DNA of 64,000 bases from Callorhinchus milii (lineage: Eukaryota), in assembly GCF_018977255.1 (NCBI RefSeq), contig NW_024704758.1, positions 14,942,001 through 15,006,000 of the forward strand. The letters run 5' to 3'. The position numbers and the translations under genes were made by a program. Positions 39,646 through 51,269 of this stretch are shown one piece after another (position 1 is the first letter of the stretch; every line of letters starts with the position of its first letter). The notes beneath the pieces were generated by a model. It saw only the letters and a list, made by a program, of their open reading frames with translations, did no database searches and was not told where the DNA came from.

Positions 39646-41573
39646 AAATTACCGAACAAACTGTACTAAGGCTCAAGTGATGTTAAAAAAAAAGCATCTG
39701 GAATTTGAAGGAACACGTAACCAATTAAAATATAATTCCAAGCCATGGCACAAGAAATCGATTTTTTTTTTTTCCGTTCTCTTTAATTTTGTTAAATCAT
39801 GTACACGAGACGACTGACCGACCGACTGATGCATTGAAAAAAAACGAAACAAGAGCTGAGCTTTTTTTTTTACCAAAAAAAAAGGCGAAACCCAGTTTGA
39901 ATGTGTGTTTTTTTGCACATTTCTATCAAGTACAGTTGTTGCATCAGGTCAAAGAATCTTTACGGTAGCCCTGAATAAATAAATAAATAAGTAAATAAAT
40001 AAATAGAGCAGGAGAGATAACGGGAGGAATGGAAGCTCTCTCTATTTTTGTATTGCCTTGTATCCTGTGCGAGACACACATACACCTGTGAAGCCATTAC
40101 TTACAAAAGCATTGAGGGCAACAGATGCTCATTCTGTCTGGAGTATAAGTGTATGAGCAAATTATACTTGTGGTTCCCTGTGTCTTTCTTTTTTTGGGGG
40201 TGTATTTTCTGTGTCGCGTCATTAATCTAAAAGGTCAATCTCTACATTGCATGCGTTTTGCATGAAGGGAAAATTTGCCTAGAATTTGGGTTTTGGCTCC
40301 AGTGTCGTTACTTACAGAAAAAATGTGTTGAGAAATGAATGAACATGAAATCCGCTGCATTGTAAAATTGTTCCCACACAATAGTGCCTTAAATATTTGA
40401 GGTTGTTAATGTTTCGACGATGTTTATGGACTGTAGCACTTGAATTCTTATCTGGTGATTGAGAATTAGGGGTAATACGCTTGTGTTTTGGTGTGGTATG
40501 CTTTTTTTTTCTCGAAGAGTAGATGCTTTCTTATTTGGAGGATATAGCATGTTTGCTGTGGCTACGTCCGCTGTTCTGGTTTTAGATTGGAACCTCTCCC
40601 TCCCTCCCCTCCCCTCCCCTCTGTCTCCCTCCGCTACCCTCCTCCTTACCCCCACCCGCCCTCCCCCACAACCAAAAACAAACACAAATAGGTAAAGTAA
40701 TGACTGAAACCTTGATCACTAGTTTCTACTCGAAGATAAACTCAGAACGAGCAGTAAACTATACTGTCCAATTGATCTGCAATCCAACTTGTTTTTTAAC
40801 TGAGGACGTTTATTGCTGTTTTATCGGATGTAATGAAATGATTAGAAAACACAATATGTGATGGGCATGGCTTCGATTAGAAAATAAGAAAATTGATACT
40901 CAACGACTCATGGATAGTTTCACCTTCGCTTGAGCAAACCGTTCAGTATTTGATATACGTAGTGATATAATACTTAGTACTGAGACTTGACAACGGTGCA
41001 GGTTCTTGTATGCAATTTTATCATTTATGCATGTGACAACAAATTACCCTTTTTACTTTATATCCTTTTGTTTTTAGCTTCGTGCCTGTGTGTGCGAACG
41101 CGCCAGCGTGCGTGCGCGTGTGTGTGTGTGTGTGTCGACTGCTTATTTTACACATTCCGTTGGGGGGTGGGTGGGGGGGGGGGAGAGGGGGAATCACACG
41201 CTTATGTGCATTTTTCTAGTATGTGTTAGAATCTGATTTTTTTTTCAGATGAAGTTGCTTTTCTGCAACACCAAAGACTTTTGTCATCCGTTTCCTAAGC
41301 AAAAGGAGGGAGGGAGGGTTAAGCTACTCTGCATAGACCTCAAAAAGTGTGGCCCCAACTATCAATAACGTGGAGGGGAGGGGGGGGGGGGGGAAATAAA
41401 AATTCAAAGATTTTTTTTTAAAAAAAAAACTTAACACACACACAAAAAAAATGGTTGAGGCACTAATGTTTTAGCTCTTGGGTGAGTAATAAATTGTATC
41501 ATTTATCTTGAATGTATCATAGATGAGAGCTGCTATATAATGATTGCCACTTCAAATAGCTGTGAAATAAGTG

Positions 41574-41604
<31 letters not shown>

Positions 41605-43520
41605 ACTGTTCTTACTTAGCCTTCTCATTTCTGTACGTCTGATTACATTAAAATAGAAGTGGGTTTGGATTAATTTTGGCTTTAATGTTTGGAGTGTCTG
41701 TAACTACTGTATTGTAAATGATGAAATGTTAGTCATGTTTGTGTTTTTTCTTTGGGGGTGTGTGTGCGTGTGTGTGTGCGTGCGTGTGCGTGTTTTTGCA
41801 TCAGTATTTTAACCTTAAGTAAACCTTGAGCTCATCACTGCATATAAATGGATGTATCAATGTAACTTAATTTTTATGTTTCTCATATTGGCATTGTGTA
41901 GATGATTTGAGATGCTGTAGCTTGCAGAATCGACTTAACTTTTACGCTTATAACGGTGGTGCAAATAAGAGGGTCATAAGACATTTGCACTTGTGTCGTA
42001 GGGTCATACTGCAAAGCATCAAAGCACCCGCACAAGTGCACACACTCGCGGACTCTCACACACACACAACGTTCACGCACTCAAACACACCCACACGCGC
42101 ACACACTCACGCACTCACACACACACACACACACACACACTCACGCACTCACACACTCACGTACTCACACATACACTCACACATGAAAAGGATCCGTTTC
42201 ATTTTTTTTAACATTCACACGTATTTTCCGGGCATCTTGAAACCTATGAATAAAAAAGATTTTGCTGAACGCCCCTTGAAAACACACAGCACCAGTTCGA
42301 ACTGTCCATAAGCTAAATTTCAGATCGTGCTCCTTTTCCCAGGAAAGAGCGAGCGGGTGTTGTATTTTAACAAATCTTTGATCACAACCTCGGGTGGATC
42401 AATGCGTTCGAAAATAATAATAAAACCAAGGCTTGTTTTTAAACGATAGATCGGTTGTACAGTTAATCACATTTGTAACTACAGTATCTCAAGAAATGTG
42501 GTGCTTTTCCAGCATAGATCTGTTTTTATCAACCAACAAAGATCTATTTTATCAACCATATATGTTTGTATAAAAACAACTCTAACTATCGAGTACTTAT
42601 TATGCCTGAAATGTAATATTTGCTCTTCAGCCTCGGCCCCTGCAGGGCAAGAAATAATCAGCTGACTTGTACCGGTTATTGCTTTATATTTCCCCGTTTT
42701 ATTCACTCTCACTTGGCCTTTTGCTTTTAATCTCTTTTTAGCAGTTTATGAAATAAAACACTGTGAGACGCGGGAAATCGATAGATTATGAAAGCGCCTG
42801 CCTGGCGAGTTTGGGTTTTTTTTTAGAAAAAAAAGATTTGGGAGTTTCTTTTACGTACCAATCGGTTTTTAATCAATTTTTTTCTCTCTCTGCATTCTTG
42901 TGGCACGTTTACCAGTTTCATTCAGGGTCATCAGAGTGCAGATTATCTACTGTTTTTATTTCATCCCTCCCCTCATCGCCATCCTCCCCTCCCTCTCCCT
43001 CTCCTCGGTATGTCTTAACGGCTATTTTTTTTTTGGTCTGGATTGGTTTGAACTGATTATTTCTGCAATTCCTGCTAAAAGTTTGCCTCGCTGCTATCAG
43101 TGAAAGTTAAATCACACTGCAAGTTATGGAAATCTATTTGTTTAGATGACACACACAGAAAAAAAAGTAGACTTGATTAATAAGTTGGAACTGTTACTGT
43201 TAACATTTGTAGATTTTTTTTGTGGCTTTTTTGGCTTTTGATTTGATGCTACTCTAGTTTACCATTGTAGCAATTGCACTGTGCAATACTTACAACACGA
43301 GGACTGGGAAAATTTTTTTATGGATGTATTGTTCTCCTCCAGTTTGCGATAGTATTTCTCTCTGGTTCTCAGTGATTTAAATGTGACCAAAGCCTTCTGT
43401 ACTTTGTCACAAAAAGCGGGTTTTCCAGGTGACTATTTTGGTGAGTGTCAAAAATAAGAGTTTATGGTGTATTATTGTCGAGATTCACTTTGAATTAAAA
43501 TATATATTGCTGCAGCAATC
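39646..43520 (+). other. HIPK3: HIPK3 3' UTR (probable extent)
   Basis: Follows the stop codon; U-rich, no SINE copies, many miRNA seed matches. Candidate poly(A) signals: AATAAA cluster 39974-40003, AATAAA 42752, ATTAAA 43494. The 3' end is inferred. Confidence 0.65.
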
Positions 43521-43659
43521 GAGTGGTGCTGATTTATTTTCAGGATGACCTTTGGTAGAGCTGACATCCTGAAGGACAGTTATCGTGGCTCGTCTCGTGG
43601 ATGAGTTTGGAGATTTTAGCTTTATGGGGGGTGGGGGGTGGGATTTCAAACCGGTCCTC

Positions 43660-44000
43660 GTCAGACTCCACCGGCTCCCAATTACCGAATAAATTGATTT
43701 CAAGGTCCTGTCGATCGTTTTAAAATCCCTTCATGCCCCGGCACCTCCGTCCCTACCTCTCCGACCTGCTTACCCCCCCACACTCCCCACCCGCTGCCTC
43801 CTGTTTGTCCCTCGTACCCTCCGCTGCACCATCAGTGACCGTGCCTTCAGCCGCTACCCCCCGAAACTCTGGAACACTCCCTTGATCCCTCCGCCTGGCC
43901 CCCTCCCTCCCCACTTTCAAATCCCGCCTGAAGACCTTCCTTGATCGTACTTACATCAAAATTACATTTGTAAAGCGGCTTTCACGTGAGGACGTCCCAA
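43660..44000 (+). mobile_element. Degraded L2 LINE 3' fragment
   Basis: Translated LHRLPITE*IDFKVL, PYLSDLL, TISDRAFS, LWN and FKSRLKTFL motifs in shifting frames. Confidence 0.75.
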
Positions 44001-44011
44001 TAATAACAATG

Positions 44012-44523
44012 AATTGGTCACTTCAATCCGCGGCTGTGTGTGGGGACGCTGCTGTGCAATTGGCTGCCGCGTTTCACCCACAAAATACAGTCAATTCACT
44101 TTACAGTATATTCTGTGAAGCGCTTTGAGACGTCTCGACGATGTGATGAGGAGTTGTATCAAATGCAATTTGAGACGTCTCAAAGCGCTTCACAGAATAT
44201 ACTGTAAAGTGAATTGACTGTGTATTTTGTGGGCGAAACGCGGCAGCCAATTGCGCACAGCAGCGTCCCCGCACACAGCCGCGGATTGAGTGACCAATTA
44301 TTATTTTTTAAAATGTATTTACTGGTTTGAAGGCGGTCGGTGGATTTTGGAAAAGTGGTCCGCCAATCGACTGACGAATGGGTTCCGACTGACTGCGCGT
44401 CAAACAGAGCCGTGCGGAGTGGAGTAAGGAAACTTGCCCAAGGTTTCGCCCCACCCCGGGAACCAAACACGGGCCCTCTCGCTTTGCGCGGCGAGTGCTC
44501 TAACCACTGAGCTACAGGACTCC
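44012..44523. mobile_element. Tail-to-tail SINE family A pair (plus 44012-44170; minus 44171-44523 with tRNA head)
   Basis: Arms ~44012-44136 and ~44174-44298 are reverse complements. Confidence 0.9.
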
Positions 44524-44912
44524 AATCACAACCTCAATTAATTCAAAGGCAATTTTAATTTCAATTGTCTTTGAATTAACTGAGGAGGTGGTTGTTGTGT
44601 GTGTGTGTGTGTGTGTGCGCGCGTTGTGCGTAAAAGCAACAATGACTTTTGTTCTGGGGAAAAAAATATAAAAATGCTAAATAAATATAAATATATATAT
44701 ATATATATCCAGGCAGAGCCATTGGGATCCTTTATTGGGTGCAGTTCAGAGGGGGGACTGGGGAGGGAATGCCTGTGGAGCAGTTGCAGACTGTCCAGGA
44801 GAGGTCGTGTGATGGAAACCGTTTGGTTCCTCTGTGGTTTAGTATCTGAAAATCAGTGGTTTTCTCTCCTCCCAAAGAAAGTGACGTCTATCGCTGCAAT
44901 AACAGCAACAGA

Positions 44913-46090
44913 GACACACACACACCCCCTACACACACCCCTACACACACACACACCCTACACACACACACACCCCCTACACACACACCCCCTACACACA
45001 GCCCCCTCTACACACACNNNNNNNNNNNNNNNNNNNNNNNNNNNNNNNNNNNNNNNNNNNNNNNNNNNNNNNNNNNNNNNNNNNNNNNNNNNNNNNNNNN
45101 NNNNNNNNNNNNNNNNNNNNNNNNNNNNNNNNNNNNNNNNNNNNNNNNNNNNNNNNNNNNNNNNNNNNNNNNNNNNNNNNNNNNNNNNNNNNNNNNNNNN
45201 NNNNNNNNNNNNNNNNNNNNNNNNNNNNNNNNNNNNNNNNNNNNNNNNNNNNNNNNNNNNNNNNNNNNNNNNNNNNNNNNNNNNNNNNNNNNNNNNNNNN
45301 NNNNNNNNNNNNNNNNNNNNNNNNNNTACACACACCCCCACCCACACACACACCCCCACCACACACACACACCCTACACACACACCCTACACACACACCC
45401 GACACCCACACACACCNNNNNNNNNNNNNNNNNNNNNNNNNNNNNNNNNNNNNNNNNNNNNNNNNNNNNNNNNNNNNNNNNNNNNNNNNNNNNNNNNNNN
45501 NNNNNNNNNNNNNNNNNNNNNNNNNNNNNNNNNNNNNNNNNNNNNNNNNNNNNNNNNNNNNNNNNNNNNNNNNNNNNNNNNNNNNNNNNNNNNNNNNNNN
45601 NNNNNNNNNNNNNNNNNNNNNNNNNNNNNNNNNNNNNNNNNNNNNNNNNNNNNNNNNNNNNNNNNNNNNNNNNNNNNNNNNNNNNNNNNNNNNNNNNNNN
45701 NNNNNNNNNNNNNNNNNNNNNNNNNNNNNNNNNNNNNNNNNNNNNNNNNNNNNNNNNCCCCTACACACCCCCCTACACACACACACACCCTACACACACA
45801 CACACCCCCTACACACAGCCCCTACACACACACACCCTACACACACCCCCCCCACCCACACCCCATACACAACCCCCACCTACACACACCTCCACCTACA
45901 CCCACACACACCCCCCACCCCCCCCTACACCCCCACCCCCACACACACCCCACCCCCCCCTACACCCCCACCCCCACACACACCCCCACCCCCCCTACAC
46001 CCCCACCCCACACACACCCCCACCCCCCCCCTACACCCCACCCCCACACACACCCCCACCCCCCCCTACACCCCACCCCCACACACAGCC
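44913..46090 (+). repeat. C/A-rich satellite (acacacccct variants) with two gaps (N 45018-45326 and 45417-45757)
   Basis: Direct reading. Confidence 0.95.
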
Positions 46091-46094
46091 CCAC

Positions 46095-47400
46095 AGCCGC
46101 ACCTTATCACAGTGACGGTAACCTGAGGAGGAACAGAAGCAGAACGCGGACACGAGAGAGAAGTGCTCTTATTTTGGTGAACGAATGAATGACTATGAAT
46201 GGGGACGGATGAGCTGCGAACCCCCGCGGTGACCCCTCCCCCCTCTCCATCTCCCCCCCATCCTCTGCTCCCTCTCCCCCCCTCTCTCTGCTCCCCCCCC
46301 TCTCCCCCCCCTCTCTCCCCCCCCCCCCTCACCCCCCCTCTCCCCCCCCCCCCTCACCCCCCCCTCCCCCCCCCGGCATTCCCGCACTGACTGACTGACT
46401 GAGTGCAGGAGATGATGAGGAGGAGAGGACCAGAGTCGGATCGCACTGTAACTCCCCATCGCCATCACCGCCATCACCGCGAGTGATGGACCCGGAGCTC
46501 CGGACACAAGGCGGTGTGAGGCTGTGACCGGCAATACCCCCAACACCCCACACCCCCCCCCCCCACACACACCCTCCACAACCCCCCCCCCACACCCCTC
46601 CACAACCCCCCCACAACCCCCCCACACCCCCCCCTCCATAACCCCCCCTCCACAACCCCCCGGCAATACCCCCCAACCCCCCCCACACCCCCCCCGGCAA
46701 TACCCCCAACACCCACACCCCCCCCCCACACCCCTCCACAACCCCCCCCCACCCCCACACCCCCACAACCCCCCACCACAACCCCCCCCCGGCAACCCCC
46801 CAACCCCCCTCCATAACCCCCCCCCCCACACCCCCCCCGGCAATACCCCCCCAACCCCCCACAACCCCCCACACCCCCCCTCCATAACCCCCCCCCCCCC
46901 ACAACCCCCCCCCGGCAATACCCCCAACACCCCCCACACCCCCCCCCCACACCCCTCACAACCCCCACCCCCCCCCACACCCCCCCTCCATAATCCCCCC
47001 CCACAAACCCCCCCACAACCCCCCCCCCGGCAATACCCCCCACACCCCAACCCCCCAACCCCCCCCCACACCCCCCCTCCACAACCCCCCCCACACCCCC
47101 CCTCCACAACCCCCCCCACAACCCCCCCCCACAACCCCCCCCCCGGCAATACCCCCACACCCCTCCACAACCCCCCCCTCCAACCCCCCACACCCCCCCC
47201 TCCAACCCCCCACAACCCCCCCTCACAACCCCCCCCCACACCCCCCCCTCCATAACCCCCCCCACAACCCCCCCGGCAATACCCCCCACACCCCCCCCCC
47301 ACAACCCCCCCCCCCCGGCAATACCCCCCCCGATGGCTGTGGAAGGCACCGACACCCCCACACCGGCAGTTCTGCTCCCGGTCTCCCGTTGGCACTGAGG
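46095..47400 (+). promoter_or_regulatory. CpG-rich candidate promoter/5' UTR of the downstream gene, interrupted by C-rich repeats
   Basis: Unique CpG-dense patches at ~46100-46230, 46375-46530 and 47330-47400, directly upstream of the signal-peptide exon. Confidence 0.45.
46527..47331 (+). repeat. C-rich minisatellite with recurring ccggcaatacccc, cacaacccc and ctccataacccc units
   Basis: Direct reading; homopolymer lengths are probably unreliable. Confidence 0.92.
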
Positions 47401-47402
47401 CG

Positions 47403-47571
47403 ATGGGCGGAGGCGGAGGAGGAGAGGAGCGGCTGCAACGTCGGACTCGGATCCCAGTGCCTCTCCCCCCGACACAGCCCCACTCGCGTGTTAGCCCCGC
47501 GATGGTCATTCGCTATCTGCTCCGCACCGGAGTCTGTCTGCTCCTGTTACAGACTGTGTCTGCAACACACG
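47403..47571 (+). CDS. Probable first coding exon (signal peptide) of the downstream gene, KIAA1549L-like by synteny
   Basis: Two in-frame strong-Kozak ATGs (47403 and 47502, both gcgATGG). MVIRYLLRTGVCLLLLQTVSA-TH has basic, hydrophobic and V-x-A regions and is followed by a phase-1 donor G|gtaagg in CpG-rich unique sequence. Gene identity rests only on recalled human gene order. Confidence 0.6.
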
Positions 47572-47587
47572 GTAAGGCCACGTCAGT

Positions 47588-48779
47588 CACAGCCCAGACA
47601 GCACAGCCCAGACAGCACAGACCAGACCAGACAGCACAGCACAGACAGCACAGACAGCACAGCACAGCCCAGACAGCACAGACCAGACCAGACAGCACAG
47701 CACAGACAGCACAGCCCAGACAGCACAGCACAGCACAGCACAGACAGCACAGACCAGACAGCACAGCACAGACAGCACAGACAGCACAGACAGCACAGCA
47801 CAGACAGCACAGCACAGACAGCACAGCACAGACAGACCAGCCCAGACAGCACAGCACAGACAGCACAGACCAGACCAGACAGCACAGACAGCACAGACAG
47901 CACAGACAGCACAGCACAGACAGCACAGCACAGACAGCACAGCACAGACAGACCAGCCCAGACAGCACAGCACAGCACAGACAGCACAGACCAGACAGCA
48001 CAGACCAGACAGCACAGCACAGACAGACCAGCCCAGACAGCACAGCACAGACAGCACAGACCAGACCAGACAGCACAGACAGCACAGCACAGCCCAGACA
48101 GCACAGCACAGACAGACCAGCCCAGACAGCACAGCACAGCACAGACAGCACAGACCAGACAGCACAGACCAGACAGCACAGCACAGACAGACCAGCCCAG
48201 ACAGCACAGCACAGACCAGACCAGACAGCACAGACAGCCCAGACAGCACAGACCAGACAGCACAGCACAGACAGGACAGCACAGCACAGACAGCACAGCA
48301 CAGCACAGACAGCACAGCACAGCACAGACAGCACAGACCAGACAGCACAGCACAGACAGGACAGCACAGCACAGACAGCACAGCACAGCACAGACAGCAC
48401 AGCACAGACAGCACAGACCAGACAGCACAGCACAGACAGCACAGACCAGACAGCACAGCACAGACAGCACAGACCAGACAGCACAGCACAGACCAGACAG
48501 CACAGCACAGACAGCACAGACCAGACAGCACAGCACAGACAGCACAGCACAGCACAGACCAGACAGCACAGGCAGCACAGACCAGACAGCACAGACCAGA
48601 CAGCACAGCACAGCACAGACAGCACAGACCAGCACAGCCCAGACAGCACAGCACAGACCAGACAGCACAGCCCAGACAGCACAGCACAGACAGCACAGAC
48701 AGCACAGCACAGACAGCACAGCACAGACAGGACAGCACAGCCCAGACAGCACAGCACAGCCCAGACAGCACAGCACCGA
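47588..48779 (+). repeat. Compound 4-5-mer satellite (acagc, acag, accag, cccag)
   Basis: About 1.2 kb with no T on the + strand, which explains the long stop-free ORFs. Confidence 0.97.
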
Positions 48780-48828
48780 CACTGCCCCCAGTGAGAGAGA
48801 GTGAGAGCACTGACCAGGAGCAATATTT

Positions 48829-50762
48829 TATGTATATGTATGTGTGTATATGGGTGTATATGTATGTGTGTGTATGGGTGTATATGTGTATGGGTGTATA
48901 TGTATGTGTGTATCTGGGTGTGTATGGGTGTGTATATGGGTGTGTATGGGTGTGTATATGTATGTGTGTGTATGGGAGTGTGTATGGGTGTGTATATGGG
49001 TGTGTAGGTGTGTATATGGGTGTGTATATGGGTGTGTATATGGTGTGTGTATGGGTGTGTATATGGGTGTGTATATGGGTGTGTATATGGGTGTGTGTAT
49101 GGGTGTGTATATGGGTGTGTGGGTGTGTATATGGGTGTGTAGGTGTGTATATGTATGTGTGTATATGGGTGTATATGTATGGGTGTGTGTATGGGTGTGT
49201 GTATGGGTGTGTAGGTGTGTATATGGGTGTGTAGGTGTGTATATGGGTGTGTGTATGGGTGTGTAGGTGTGTATATGGGTGTGTAGGTGTGTATATGGGT
49301 GTGTGTATGGGTGTGTAGGTGTGTATATGGGTGTGTCCGTGTGTATATGGGTGTGTATATGGGTGTGTCGGTGTGTATATGGGTGTGTATATGGGTGTGT
49401 AGGTGTGTATATGGGTGTGTATATGGGTGTGTATATGTATGTGTGTATATGGGTGTATATGTATGGGTGTGTAGGTGTGTATATGGGTGTGTATATGGGT
49501 GTGTAGGTGTGTATATGGGTGTGTATATGGGTGTGTAGGTGTGTATATGGGTGTATATGGGTGTGTATATGTATGTGTGTATATGGGTGTATATGTATGG
49601 GTGTGTAGGTGTGTATATGGGTGTGTATGTGTGTATATGGGTGTATATGTATGGGTGTGTAGGTGTGTATATGGGTGTGTATATGGGTGTGTAGGTGTGT
49701 ATACGGGTGTGTATATGGGTGTGTAGGTGTGTATATGGGTGTGTAGGTGTGTATATGGGTGTGTATATGGGTGTGTAGGTGTGTATATGGGTGTGTATAT
49801 GGTTGTGTAGGTGTGTATATGGGTGTGTATATGGATGTGTATATGGGTGTGTAGGTGTGTATATGGGTGTGTATATGGGTGTGTAGGTGTGTATATGGGT
49901 GTATATGGGTGTGTATATGTATGTTTGTATATGGGTGTATATGTATGGGTGTGTAGGTGTGTATATGGGTGTGTATATGGGTGTGTAGGTGTGTATATGG
50001 GTGTGTATATGGGTGTGTAGGTGTGTATATGGGTGTGTATATGGGTGTATAGGTGTGTATATGGGTGTGTATATGGGTGTGTAGGTGTGTATATGGGTGT
50101 GTATATGGGTGTGTATATGGGTGTGTAGGTGTGTATATGGGTGTGTATATGGGTGTGTATATGGGTGTATAGGTGTGTATATGGGTGTATATGTATGGGT
50201 GTGTAGGTGTGTATATGGGTGTGTATATGGGTGTGTATATGGGTGTGTATATGGGTGTGTAGGTGTGTGTATGGGTGTGTATATGGGTGTGTAGGTGTGT
50301 ATATGGGTGTGTATATGGGTGTGTATATGGGTGTGTAGGTGTGTATATGGGTGTGTATATGGGTGTGTATATGGGTGTGTAGGTGTGTATATGGGTGTGT
50401 ATATGGGTGTGTATATGGGTGTGTAGGTGTGTATATGGGTGTGTATATGGGTGTGTATATGGGTGGTAGGTGTGTATATGGGTGTGTATATGTGTGTAGG
50501 TGTGTGTATGGGTGTGTATATGGGTGTGTAGGTGTGTATATGGGTGTGTAGGTGTGTGTATGGGTGTGTATATGGGTGTGTAGGTGTGTATATGGGTGTG
50601 TAGGTGTGTATATGGGTGTGTATATGGGTGTGTAGGTGTGTATATGGGTGTGTAGGTGTGTGTATGGGTGTGTATATGGGTGTGTAGGTGTGTATATGGG
50701 TGTGTAGGTGTGTGTATGGGTGTGTATATGGGTGTGTAGGTGTGTATATGGGTGTGTGTATA
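48829..50762 (+). repeat. Minisatellite of gggtgtgtatat and ggtgtgta units
   Basis: About 1.9 kb tandem array, almost C-free on the + strand. Confidence 0.97.
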
Positions 50763-51269
50763 TCGGTGCCTACAGTGAACACTGAAAAGGGAAGGGAAAA
50801 CCAAGAGGAATACAGTGTTGATTCTCACAGTGACGACAGGTGTTACATCGCGTGGTGTGAAATTAACACTAAGATTGTTTCACTCCCTCTCTCCTTCAAC
50901 CCCTAATCCAGAGGGTGAACTGAAATCTGTCAAACACAGGGAGAGTGTGATGTCAGATTTCACCTCTTTGTTTTGATCTATATATATATATATACATATG
51001 TGTGTGTGTGTCTGTGCTCTACAAATCTACACTGGATGGTAAGGCTCCCTGGAAGGTGTTTAACTGTTTCCATTCCCTTTTTTTGAGTTGATTTGATTAC
51101 CAGGTGTGGGGCTGTGAGCTGCTGAGGGAGGGAGGGAGGGAGGGAGGGAGGAAGCTGGTTGTGAATTAAGATTTAGCAGCTGATGAGCAGAGAGAACACG
51201 GAACATTAATACAGCACAAACCATACCATCGCCCAACTGACCACCACTTGGGCTTCACTGAAAGCCTCA

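Noticed and set aside
48829-50762. CRISPR-like or telomeric array
   Set aside because: No unique spacers and no TTAGGG units; the context is a spliced eukaryotic locus.
47389-50828. Very long ORFs (399-1089 aa; TAQH, CCAV and HTYTP repeats)
   Set aside because: Translations of T-free or C-free satellites, open in several frames on both strands.
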